From Microbotryum violaceum (lineage: Eukaryota), in the NCBI GenBank assembly GCA_001244265.2, contig CDLV01000004.1, forward strand, positions 2,356,001 to 2,420,000: 64,000 bases of DNA. Reading direction: 5' to 3'. Shown piece by piece: positions 25,401 through 37,793 of the stretch. Every line of letters starts with the position of its first letter. Position 1 is the stretch's first letter. The translations under genes and the position numbers were made by a program. The notes below the pieces were generated by a model that saw only the letters and a list, made by a program, of their open reading frames with translations, was not told the DNA's origin and did not search any database.

Positions 25401-25765
25401 GTCGCTGGTCTGTCCAAGAAGCGTTCGGCGAAGCCAGGCACACGGCGTAGGCGCATGAGCACCACCCGACAGTTCTGGTACAAGGACGAAGACGCCGAAG
25501 CGACCTTATTCAACGCCGAGTTGGTCGCGATCGGCGGTGCATCGGCTATCATCAGAGATGTAGCTGTTTCGACAGTAATCGGGGTGGATTGGGCCTGCTT
25601 CTGCGACAGAAGGTGAGACCGCGACGTCGAATTAGCCGCGATCGCCCCACCACCACTGTCTCCGACCCCTGCTCCAGCGCCTGATGCCGATCCGTAGTGA
25701 GCGACGGCGATCGAAGATGGCGAGGGTGTCGAGATCAAAGGTGTGGATCGAAACAACGATGTCAT
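22422..25765 (-). CDS. CDC24: Cdc42 guanine nucleotide exchange factor Cdc24/Scd1 (CH-DH-PH-PB1), multi-exon
   Basis: SLYQNC...LGSSLCFLFN...DTNGVVK (CH), EILDSERKYV and LIKPVQRICKYPLL (DH), YLFERIILYCKE (PH), YEDEDGD (PB1); apparent 1-bp deletion near 22528. Confidence 0.95.
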
Positions 25766-26480
25766 CGCCTGGACGTTCGTCCCGCGGGTCGACTCGGCGA
25801 TGACGAACGCCACGGGCAACGGGCTGGATGAATGCGCGGACGGACGCTCCCGTCTTCGCACCTCGATCGCGAGACAAAGGCCCCTGGCACGCGGAAGCTG
25901 AACCTGTAGCTGAGCGCTGAGAGACGAGGCTGGCCTGCGGCACCAAATGCTTGATCACCATGATGCAGTCGAAAGCGATGGTAAAAGTAGTTGTCGGACG
26001 CCGAGCTAGGATCTTGGTGTAGGTCTGTGATATGCGCTGTGTGAGCGTCTGTTGTGGTGGTGGGAGCGCAAGCCCTACTTTAGGGCGATCAAAGGAATTC
26101 GAGTGCAATCAAGCCCAAACGGGCGAGCTAAGCTCAACTAGGCCCTACTAGCCCGACTTACAGGTCGGTACGAAGTCGGGTTTAAGTCAAGTCTCTATAA
26201 ACTGCGCTTAGCCTTAGGGCGCCAGCCAACAGCTTTATCACAACAGCAAGACAGAATAAAAAAGTAAAAAAGAATGGTACCAACCACACCTCCTGTCTAC
26301 GGGGCGGGAGCTCCAGCTCTGCGCCCTTCGGCCGGCCCCTCACTCAGGTCAGGCGACTATTGGCAAGTCTCACTTAGTAGACTTGCTTCGCAGGCTAGAG
26401 TGAAGTTCTAATGGGCACTAAAACTTCTCTTAGAGAGAGGTACTTGATGACTCTTGCATCCATACATAATGCCGCGAGTA

Positions 26481-26650
26481 AATGGTGCATTTACCAATTA
26501 CGCGCGCGCGTTTACTCCCGAAGCTTGACGCATCTACCCAGGTAGTAAGATGCAAAGTTCACTTACAAATGGTGCATTCTTCGCGCAAGTTTGGTGCGTT
26601 TGCTCCGGAAGAAAGGTGCGTTTACCAATTAAGGATGGTGCATTTACCAC
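26481..26650. repeat. Dispersed ATGGTGCATTTACCA-type repeats, probably transposon subterminal
   Basis: About 4-5 imperfect copies upstream of the Ulp1-bearing relic. Confidence 0.55.
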
Positions 26651-27289
26651 GTAGCGGGGCAATCCGCTGTATCTCGTGTAGTATGCCATGTATCACCCTG
26701 AAACTTGACGAGGCCTTTTACATGACCACCAAGTACGTCCACCCTTGGTAAGACGCACTCTCACCCGGATCTCATGTAGTTGAAAATTGTGTCCGTACTC
26801 CCCCCCCCCCCCCGGGCTCGACGAAGACCCCCAGGCATCGAATATTCACTCTTTCTTTTACTGGGTACCACAACGGGTCAAGTGATCCGATCATGCGTGT
26901 CACTGCGGGAGCGAAGTGGGCCCTGCATCCACTGCACAGCCGCGCATCGCCGCCAGCGAACTTGCTCAATTTTGTCTGGGTGCACGTAGCCTGCTTGACG
27001 CGTCGCGTCGCGCCAAATGCCTACTTCTACTTTCGACTCATGTTCACCGCGCCACGCCAGTTCTTGCCATTCGTTGCCATCGACAGACACTCGCCATGGT
27101 TCCAAAACCCGTGTCGCATACGTCATGTCCAGTCAGCAGATGAGTGCAACGCTCCAGAACAAGGGTGGCCGACCCCGCATTGGGACCCGACCAATCGACA
27201 TGACCCGCCCACCTGCACGTGGCACCTCCCAGATGTCCTCGACTACGTCTACCCAGAAGAAAGACTTGGGCCAGCGGGAACCCGATATC

Positions 27290-28539
27290 ATTGACGATCT
27301 CCCTCAGTGACGCAATCCAATCAAATGCCAATGACTCCTGAGGGCTGCTCCGACTGAGTCGACTCGAACGCCGACTCAGACCCCGCCGTCGACGACTCCG
27401 AAGCCAGCTCCTCCGATGGGGGCGAAGAAGCCATGGATCGACTGCGCCAAGTCGTCAACCTCCTCGAAAATCGTGCACCTAACCATCTACAGCTGGAGTA
27501 TGACACAATGCAAGCCAAACGTCAAGCGATCATGTCGTCGAACCTCCTCTGGTCGGCGGAAGAGAACGGCGGAAGAGAAAGCCGACTACGGGCAATGGCC
27601 GCTGATTTTTGGTGACCGAAGGAAAGCAGATGAATGGACGCTCAAGGACACCATACCGATTTTCAAGCTTCCTTTGTACATGGCCACCGAAGTAGGTCGA
27701 TACTGGTTCCAAGCATAAGCAGTCATTGCTGGCCATTTGAAGTTGCTAATTAGGAAGCAAAACTGACAAAACTCTTCCTCGCCGATCCTCCTCCTATCCT
27801 TCATTGGCGAAACCAACCTGAACAGGAGCACGAATGAACAGCCTGCAAATACGAACGTTGCCTCACCGTAATCGAAGCATCTCACGGTGCTCCATCGATC
27901 TCTTTCCATCAGCATCCGGCGGATCACCTGACATTGTGCCCGGTCATTGGGTGCTTGTTGAGGCCCGTCTGTCCGACCACACCTTCCGCTTTCATGACTC
28001 GCTGCGGCGATCTAAAGAAAGCGTAGACGGCCCGAACATTCCATCGCCGGAACAAAGCTTTGCCAGGTGAGAGGGAGAAGCGACTTGTGTGGATCCCGCT
28101 TACCTGATGGGCTGACTATAATTCGCCGAGCTCATGATCGCAGAACATCGTTCCTTTCATCACGGCTCGGGCAGAAGGACCCATCCCTTGTGTCACCGGA
28201 GGCAGTGACCGGCCCGCAATCCCGTACGCAGAGTGGGAGCGAGAGATCGTGAAACCGCGAGTACCGAAGAAGGGGGACTTGATGCCTAGGACAGAGTTTA
28301 CGCGACAGCCCGATGGCAACGCTTGCGGCGTCTTCGTTTGTCGAACGATGGAAACGTTGGTCGCGGCCGTTGCGTTTCAGTCTGGGTTAGACTGGAGCTG
28401 GAGCCCACTCAAGCCACTACAGGACAACTTCTATGCTAACCAACGCGCATACATGTTAGACGTGGTTAAACATGCTCGCTTGCGGTGTGACACGGAGTTG
28501 AAGCAAATTCTGCCCCCCCCCCCCCTGCCCCTCCGCTGA
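27290..28539 (+). pseudogene. Degraded ORF with a Ulp1/C48-like cysteine peptidase domain, probably transposon-borne
   Basis: Catalytic order H-D-Q-C: GHWVLVEARLSDHTFRFHDSL (from 27942) and QPDGNACGVFVC (from ~28306); stops and frameshifts upstream. Confidence 0.72.
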
Positions 28540-29337
28540 TTGCGAGAGGGGAGTGGAGCTCCTCCGCCGGTTCCCGGTCAATCGTCCTACTGTTGATCTC
28601 AACTATCTGATCTTAGTGATAGTTCAAGCTTGCTTGATATTGAGGCTGACACTCTTGTGCATGGAGAATCTATCCCACTCGCGCTCAAGGAGAGTTCGCC
28701 GGAGCTCGAAGAGAAGCCCTTGGGATCGCCCGGCACTAAAAAAATTCCCCGCCTACCCTCATTCTGATTGACCTCTCGATCGGCACAATGTACACCTCTG
28801 AGTCCAATCCCGACGCTCAATGTACTGCTCCGTTGATTTCGCGAAGCCCGCGGCCCAACCCGGCACGTCAATTGCAACGATTGGTTCGATGCCAGATGCG
28901 CCGCCAATGAGACTCCAGAGGGTCGTAAGGTTCGACCCTACTCCCCCTCTGCCGGTGTCTGAGGCACTCGAGGTCGTTGCTTGCTTGCCAAGGTATCAAA
29001 CACGTACATTGGCCGTTCGGTCAATTGCCGCTATATCCACAAATGCCCCAAGCCCTCGCCAATCGAAGCGCAAGAGGGAAGCATCCTTTTTCAAAGCTGC
29101 GCGGCTTCGCTGAAGCCTTGCACGCAGTGCCGGGCTCGCAGTACAAATCTGATGTTGGAGTCAATCGCTCAAGGTATGGGCTCTCCCACACTGCATCGGA
29201 CCCTTCCTTGTCACCAGAACACTCACATTGGTCGTGATTTGTTTGGAGCAGCTGCAAGAAGAGGAGTGAGGTCGTCGATCCTAAGCCGTGCCATTATGAG
29301 TAGAATGGAAGGATGTACCCTTAAAACTATATAATAA

Positions 29338-31961
29338 CCAGTGGGAACCCGTTAAATTAACGGGGGGATGAAATTCAAAAAATAGCAGGATAATCGAACA
29401 ATCTACATGATATCAGCGCAGAGGTTAAGAAAACACAATACGAAATACAGCAAAGAAACAAAATCCATTCATCTTACATTCATCGCCGAAACAGCCTGCA
29501 TGTCGCTTGTTGCCGGACTTGGCTTCAAACACTCGTGCAATGAGATCCGGACGGTTGCATGCTTTATCGGCCCCAGTGCAGCCTTGATTTCCGGTGAGAC
29601 GGGGTCGTACGTCATCGTGATGAGCAGCGGAGGCTTTCCATGTTTGACAACGCACGCCATCGCATCCTGGTATCGCTGCGTGATGTCGCAATTTGGTTCG
29701 GGTTCAAGCCTGAGTCAGTCGGTCTTGACTTGGGAGTACATCCGTAAATCACAAACTCCAGGAAGGGACGTTGGTTGCAATGCGGGATTGAGAAGTACTC
29801 GTCGCGTTCGGCAAGTAGTGCGCAAAGAATTTTGAACGCGAGACTCACCACCTCGACCCCTTTACTTGACCTTCGTCCTAGGTGTTCAAAAGTTCAATGT
29901 CAGTCTGTGCTTGCGCCTTAGACAGAGTGGAGCCTCAGAGAAAGAGCCGAAGATGCGTACGTTCGCCATCACCATCCTCTTCGTCCCCTTCCTCGCCGTC
30001 TTCATCCTCGTTGTCGCGGTCTTCGTCCTCCTGTTCGTCTTCGTCATCCAGACCGAGACCGGCAAGTACCTCGCGCAATTGGACACCATTGTCGATCTGC
30101 TCTCAGTTTCTGGCGATTGGCGGCCTGGCTTGGTGGAACCCGCAAAGAGGAATGTTGGGGTGGAAGCCATCTTCCCCGCGGGGAAGAGTAGTGGGTACCG
30201 GAGAGGCAACGCAGACGGATGGAGCGAGCTGATGACTTGGTACTTGGGGCCAACCATCGGGACATCGATCACCGTGCACCTGGAGAATACGGTCTTGAGG
30301 TCCACGATCTCCCATGTTGGTGTCGGAATCGCAGATAAGCATCGCCATTTCCGTGCTTGACGTAGGAAGGTTGTGGGTACGTCGGTCCCGGCCTGGCGGG
30401 AGGCAGAGGCGCAGGATCCACTCTTTGGCCGTATCCCAACCTGCGCGAGCTTTGGCCGATGCGAACTCCCTCACAAAGTGATTCTTGGTACGCAACATGG
30501 ACTCGAGCTTGGTCAAAGTAGATCGTTGCATGTGACTGTCTGCGCCGTCGGGTTCAAGTCGAGTGTCGGTGGCCTCGGCCGGGTCGATGAGCCATGTTTG
30601 AGCAAAGGCTGGGCGTTGATTCACGGCAGGGATCAGGGCGCCGAGTCGATGGTAGAGGCGACCAAATACGCGAAACACGGGGGGTCCTAGCGTGCCCACT
30701 TGAGTTTGGTCCCAGAGGGCAGCGAGCGAAGTGAACGACAACGCGTTGTTGTACGACCGGGCATTCTCGCGGAATGCTTTAGCGTCTGTGTAGGTGCATC
30801 GCACAGTTCAGCATGTGGGCCATACTGCAGAGAGATGTTGTTGGACGGAGCAACTGACCGCTATCCGAGCCTTCAAGAAGCTGCCGATACTCGAGATTGG
30901 GCTGGGGAGGGGGAGGTAGCCGCACCTTGCCCTGCGAGCAGCACGCGCTGAAGTGTCTGGTCGACTTCGACCTTTCGCACTCCCAGTGCCGAGCCTTGCA
31001 GTGGGTGCACACGGCCGTCTGGGGGCCGAGGTCGTCGCGGATCGAAACGTGGGCTTGAAGGGTTTGAGCGCGTTTCGAGCCCGGCGCACTCGCCTTTGCG
31101 GAGGAGGTGGTGGTGGGGCGAGCCCAGCTTCGAGTTGGCCATCGCGCTCACCACGCTGTCCGTTCTGCACAGCTGCACGGCGGGCTCGTATACGTGTCGC
31201 AATGCCAAGATCGGTTGAATTGTTGTCATGACGCGCCGGGGGGCTGATTCTGTTGATCGGTGCGGGACGAACAGGAGGGTCGAGCCGCGGGGCGCCCAGC
31301 AGCGGGCGCTCGAGCTGGTCCATGGTACGGCGCTATCCTCGCGCCCAAGACTTGGCGAGGTTGCGATGGCCCTCCCTGAGTCCCTGGCGACCTTGGGACC
31401 GGGGCATAGTAGCGAAGGTTTGTTCTTGAATGAGTGTCACTAAAATTGGATGAGAGTGGGAGGGAGAAAGGAAAGGTTCGAGGGAGTGGCGCAGGATTAT
31501 TTACGTGGTTTGTTTTGTTGTTTAGCCCCTAATGCCGGTGGTTGACTGCCGGACGGGCAATGACACGGCGGGCGCGCCGCATCACGTGACAAATGTTAGC
31601 CCTCGCCCCGCGCGTCAGCCGCCAGGCGCCAGGCGGAGCTGTGCTGTAGAGGCAATGTCATGCAAAGCCAGGCGCCTGCCGTCCATTAAATGCAGTATAA
31701 GTGTAAGCATTGTTTGACGTCAACTGAAAAAGGAAAGAAAATACTGGGAGCGCTGTAGCTTCGTTGGAACGGCGCGGAAAATACAAAAGTCACCACAGGG
31801 CTTGTACATGACTTCTGAACGGAACCTCGACACCACAGGCAGGTGCGGCAGACACAACAGTATGCTGGTACACCCACCACAGGCGGCCCTCCAGGCCGCA
31901 ACCTAGTTAAAAACAGCGATTTTAGGTACATTCCTTAACTCACCTTTTTTATATATAGAGG
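29338..31961 (-). mobile_element. Helitron copy 1, non-autonomous deletion derivative
   Basis: 3' hairpin CCCGTTAATTTAACGGG + CTGG|T; 5' A|CCTCTATATAT; keeps CTHC..CC zinc-binding region and Rep motif-1 region, lacks HUH and helicase. Confidence 0.92.
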
Positions 31962-31964
31962 TTA

Positions 31965-34900
31965 CCCTAACTAGTAAAAAAAAAGTGTGAGTTAAGGAAT
32001 GTACCTAAAATCGCTGTTTTTCCCCTGCCTGTGGTGTCCATGTTCCGATCAGAAGTCATGTACAAGCCCTGTGGTGACTTTTGTATTTTCCGCGCCGTTC
32101 CAACGAAGCTACAGCGCTCCCAGTATTTTCCTTCTTTTTTTCGCTCACATAAAACAATGCTTCGACTCATATGGTATTTAACGAACCGCAAGCGCGTGGC
32201 TTTGCATGATATTGCTTCTACAGCAGAGCTCTGCCTGACGTGCGAGGCGAGGGCTGGCGTTTGTCACGTGATGCGGTGCGCCGGCGGTGGTGTCATTCCG
32301 GCAGTCGACCAGCGGCATTAGGGGCTGAACAACCAATTTGCCCGTATGGCATTCGACCAGCGGCATTAGGGGCTGAACAACAAATCAAACCACGTAAATA
32401 ATCCTGCGCCACTCCCTCGAACCTTTCCTTTCTCCCTCCCACTCTCATCCAATTTTAGTGACACTCATTCAAGAACAAACCTTCGCTACTATGCCCCGGT
32501 CCCAAGGTCGCCAGGGACTCAGGGAGGGCCATCGCAACCTCGCCAAGTCTTGGGCGCGAGGATAGCGCCGTACCATGGACCAGCTCGAGCGCCCGCTGCT
32601 GGGCGCCCGCGGCTCGACCCTCCTGTTCGTCCCGCACCGATCAACAGAATCAGCCCCCCGGCGCGTCATGACAACAATTCAACCGATCTTGGCATTGCGA
32701 CACGTATACGAGCCCGCCGTGCAGCTGTGCAGAACGGACAGCGTGGTGAGCGCGATGGCCAACTCGAAGCTGGGCTCGCCCCACCACCACCTCCTCCGCA
32801 AAGGCGAGTGCGCCGGGCTCGAAACGCGCTCAAACCCTTCAAGCCCACGTTTCGATCCGCGACGACCTCGGCCCCCAGACGGCCGTGTGCACCCACTGCA
32901 AGGCTCGGCACTGGGAGTGCGAAAGGTCGAAGTCGACCAGACACTTCAGCGCGTGCTGCTCGCAGGGCAAGGTGCGGCTACCTCCCCCTCCCCAGCCCAA
33001 TCTCGAGTATCGGCAGCTTCTTGAAGGCTCGGATAGCGGTCAGTTGCTCCGTCCAACAACATCTCTCTGCAGTATGGCCCACATGCTGAACTGTGCGATG
33101 CACCTACACAGACGCTAAAGCATTCCGCGAGAATGCCCGGTCGTACAACAACGCGTTGTCGTTCACTTCGCTCGCTGCCCTCTGGGACCAAACTCAAGTG
33201 GGCACGCTAGGACCCCCCGTGTTTCGCGTATTTGGTCGCCTCTACCATCGACTCGGCGCCCTGATCCCTGCCGTGAATCAACGCCCAGCCTTTGCTCAAA
33301 CATGGCTCATCGACCCGGCCGAGGCCACCGACACTCGACTTGAACCCGACGGCGCAGACAGTCACATGCAACGATCTACTTTGACCAAGCTCGAGTCCAT
33401 GTTGCGTACCAAGAATCACTTTGTGAGGGAGTTCGCATCGGCCAAAGCTCGCGCAGGTTGGGATACGGCCAAAGAGTGGATCCTGCGCCTCTGCCTCCCG
33501 CCAGGCCGGGACCGACGTACCCACAACCTTCCTACGTCAAGCACGGAAATGGCGATGCTTATCTGCGATTCCGACACCAACATGGGAGATCGTGGACCTC
33601 AAGACCGTATTCTCCAGGTGCACGGTGATCGATGTCCCGATGGTTGGCCCCAAGTACCAAGTCATCAGCTCGCTCCATCCGTCTGCGTTGCCTCTCCGGT
33701 ACCCACTACTCTTCCCCGCGGGGGAAGATGGCTTCCACCCCAACATTCCTCTTTGCGGGTTCCACCAAGCCAGGCCGCCAATCGCCAGAAACTGAGAGCA
33801 GATCGACAATGGTGTCCAATTGCGCGAGGTACTTGCCGGTCTCGGTCCAGATGAAGAAGACGAAGAGGAGGACGATGAGGATGAAGGCGACGAGGAGGAC
33901 GAAGAGAATGGTGATGGTGAACGTAAGTTAAGCGTCTTCGGCTCATTCTCATATACCTCTCTGTTGAGACGCACCCTCAGACTGACATAAATTATTCGAA
34001 AATCTAGGACGAAGATCAAACAAGAGGGGTCGAGGTGGATCAACCCGAGTTTCGCGTTCCCAATACTTTGCATATCACTTGCACGAACGCGACGACTACT
34101 TCTCCATTCCGCATGCCACCCAGCGTCTCTTCCTCGAGTTCGTGATTGACGGATACTCCCAAGTCGAGACCGATCGACTCAACTACATCCGGTTGCACCA
34201 AGAAAGTCTGCGCCTCACCACGGCCCAAGGCATCACCGACGCTGTTGCCAACGGCCTGACCCCGGATCAAATTGGACGTTTGGTGATTTTGGGCTCGACG
34301 TTCAAGAATAGCCCGCGCGAGATCACGCAGCGTTACCAAGATGCGATGGCTTGCGTCGTCAAATATGGAAAGCCTTCGCTGTTCATCACGGTGACGTGCA
34401 ACCCCGAATGGCCGGAAATCAAGGCTGCACTGGGGCCGAACGACAAAGCATGCAACCGTCCGGATCTCATTGCACGATTGTTTGAGGCCAAGCTGAACCG
34501 ACTCGGCGACGACGTTTTTGGCAACAAGCAACGTGCAGGCTGTTTTGGCGTGGTTCTGACGCATACACATGTGATTGAGTATCAGAAGCGGGGCCTGCCA
34601 CATGCCCATATCCTCATCACCCTCGCGCCGGACGATCATCCTTTGTCGACGGAAGCGATCGACAAGATGATCTCGGCCGAGATACCCGATCCTTCGCGCT
34701 ATCCTGATCTCCACGAGACCGTCACAAAGCACATGCTGCATGGCAAGTGTGGCGGAAACTCGACTCAGCCCTGCATGGAGAAGGACAAGTACGGTAATCC
34801 GAGGTGCAAGCGCCATTTTCCTCGCGAACAGAACCCCCACACCCGCATGCACCCTGAAGGCTACCCGTTGTGTCGCCGACGCTTTCGCCACGCCGTTGTC

Positions 34901-37776
34901 AAGGGGGGTGTTATCTACAACGATGGTGACTGCGTGCCGTACTCGCCTTATCTCTGCGCCAAGTACAATGCGCATATCAATGTGGAGGCTGTGACAACGA
35001 TCGGCGCGATCAAGTACCTCTTCAAGTATGTGTACAAAGGTCCGGATCGAGCTGTGGCGCGTGTTGAGCGTGCAGCGAACGGTGAAGGGGCTCGCGAGGA
35101 CGAACCGGTTCGAGATGAGATCAACGAGTTCGTCGAAGGTCGCTACATCAGTGCTCCAGAAGCGGTCCACCGCCTATTCGGATTCTCGGTCGGTAGAGTG
35201 TGGCCACCCGTCAATCGACTATCGGTCCATCTGGAGAATCAACAATCTGTGCAGATCAATCCCAATGAACCGCTGCCCCTCGACACTCCGCCCACTCGCT
35301 CCAAACTGACCGGCTTCTTCGACCTGTGCGCTGCAGCTCCCGACGGCGAGCTCACTACCACGTTGCTCTACACGAATGTGCCGCGCTACTACTCCTGGAA
35401 TAAGGAGAAGTTGCGCTGGAAATGCCGAGTCCATGATCGCAATGTCATTGGACGAATCTACACCGTCCCACTGCGTAGTGGGGAGCGCTTTTACCTCAGA
35501 CTGCTCCTCGAGGTCGTCATGGGCCCGACATCGTTTGCGGACCTGCTCATGTTCGAAGACGTCGTGTATCCTTCCTATCGCGCCGCTTGCGCCACTCGCG
35601 GACTTCTCGCCGACGATGGCGAGCATTACATTTGTCTCAGGGAAGCTGCACAGATTGAAACCGGTGACCAACTACGCCAATTATTCGTGTTCATGCTCAT
35701 CCATGCGACGGTTGCCAACCCACCAGCTTTGCTGGATCGTCACTTTGCTTCTCTTAGCGACGATGCCCGTTATCACATCGAACGCTATGAAGACGTGCCC
35801 GTCAACGATCAAACCATCCGCCTGTGGACCCTCAACAAGATTCGTCTCCTCCTTGCGGCAAACGATCGAACTTTGGCCTTCTTTGATCTTCCCGAGCCGA
35901 CCGAGGACGAAGTGCGGCTGTTTGATCGTCTCGAGGAACGGATTCCCCGTTTTGATCGCCAGCAATGCGCGCAAGATGCCGAAGCGGCGCATGCCCGTCT
36001 GAACCACGACCAACGAATTGCATTTGACGAGTGTCTTCGCGCGGTCGAGCTCGATGTCGTCGATCAGATGCGCGACAACAACCTTGGGCCGCAGCATGTG
36101 TTTTTCCTGCTAGCACCTGGGGTACTGGCAAGACTTTTGTGGAAAATGCCCTTCTCGATACTGTGCGAGCTCGAGGCGACCAAGCGATTGCGGTGGCGTC
36201 GTCCGGAGTAGCGGCGTTGCTTCTCCAGGGAGGAAACACGGCGCATTCAACTTTTCGAATCCCACTCGACACCTTGCCAACCTCGACGTGTCCAGTCGAC
36301 AGGGAGAGTGATCTCGCGCTGATGCTGCGTACCACCAAGCTCATCATTTGGGATGAAGCCCCAATGGCGCATCGATTCGCGGTGGAAGCTGTCGACCGTT
36401 TACTGCGTGATCTCCGAGGGACCGAGGAGCACTTCGGCGGGGTGACAATGATCTTTGCGGGTCAGTTGGGCTCTTCCGCCTCCGCTCTGAACAGCGGCAT
36501 GCTAACGAGGTTTCCAATTTGTAGGGGACTTTCGCCAGTGTCTTCCTGTCGTTCCCAAAGGAACTCCCGGTCAAATCGTCGATGCATCCCTCATCAAGGC
36601 AGACTTCTGGCGCGACGTTCGTGTCTTGCGACTTACCGAGAACATGCGTCTCAGCTCGAACGCTGATGCGATGGACGAGGCTCAATTGGCTCGAACGCGC
36701 GACTTTGCGGAATGGCTACTCACCGTGGGAGATGGAACTGCCAACATGCACCCATACGACAAAATTGCAGTACGTTTGGCTCCCCTCTTTTACCCAACCA
36801 ACCGACACTAAGACCCCTTCTATCCGTTTCGCAGCTGCCTGATTACCTGCTGCTTCCGGACGGTCAAAGAACGGCCGAAGGGTTGATCAACTTTGTCTAC
36901 CCCGGTTTAAGGACCGTGAACAAGGAGTCCCTCGAAGACCTGATTCAGCTGTTCTCACGTCATGCAATCCTAGCTCCGCATAATGCAACGTTCGATCGCA
37001 TCAATGCCAAGCTGCTGGAAGAGTTCAATGGCGACTACATCGAGTATCGCAGCGCAGACGAGGTCGTTGAGGCAGGCGAAACTGGGGGTGGAATGGCGCC
37101 GGAACTGATTTCGCCAGAGTATCTACATTCAATCAACCCATCCAACTTCCCCGCGCATCACTTGCGTCTCAAGGAAGGGATCCCCGTCGTTCTTCTTCGC
37201 AATTTGGACCCAGACGCGGGCCTCTGCAACGGTACCCGCCTGATCGTGTCGCACGCAAGATCGAGAGTCATTCAAGCCATCATCTTGACCGGAGATCGAG
37301 CGGGCACCACGGTCTTCATCCCTCGCGTGCGACTTGAGACAAATGCGACTGGCAGTCGCCAACTTGGTTTCACTATGCGCCGGCTCCAATTCCCGCTTCG
37401 CGTTGCCTTGGCCATGACGATCAACAAAGCCCAAGGTCAATCACTCGATCGTGTTGGCGTCGATCTCTCCCTACATCCCGTCTTCACTCATGGGCAGCTG
37501 TATGTGGCATTGTCTCGAGCCATGAGTGTTGATCGAATCAAGGTGCTACTGCCCTCTCGCGACCCCGCCGATGATGACGACGACCTACACAGCCGTTGAT
37601 CGAGCGGCAGCGGCAGCCACCGCGACCCCAAACCCAGTCTTCCGCTCTGTTCTCAGAGCAATGAATGGGGAATAGTTTTGAAGCTGTCCTTTGTATTGTG
37701 TGTTTCACCTTCAACTGAGATCACGATTCTGCTATTTAATTTTCATCCTCCCGTTAATTTAACGGGTTCCCACTGG
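31965..37776 (+). mobile_element. Helitron copy 2, full-length
   Basis: 5' A|CCCTAACTAGT; 3' hairpin 37750-37766 then CTGG|T at 37773-37777; complete RepHel domain set. Confidence 0.96.
32491..37675 (+). CDS. Helitron RepHel (HUH-Y2 Rep + PIF1 helicase), spliced, a few frameshifts
   Basis: LFITVTCNPEWPEI, VIEYQKRGLPHAHIL, KYLFKYVYKG, APG/TGKT, IIWDEAPM, GDFRQCLPV, LTENMR, QFPLRVALAMTINKAQGQS, HGQLYVALSR; start uncertain. Confidence 0.93.
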
Positions 37777-37793
37777 TACTAAATTAATAAAAA

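Noticed and set aside
12437-25765. Functional gene cluster
   Set aside because: Genes have unrelated functions; ordinary compact fungal gene order
31961-31971. Telomere seed (CCCTAA; TTAGGG at 41692)
   Set aside because: Single unit that forms the Helitron 5' tip; no tandem array
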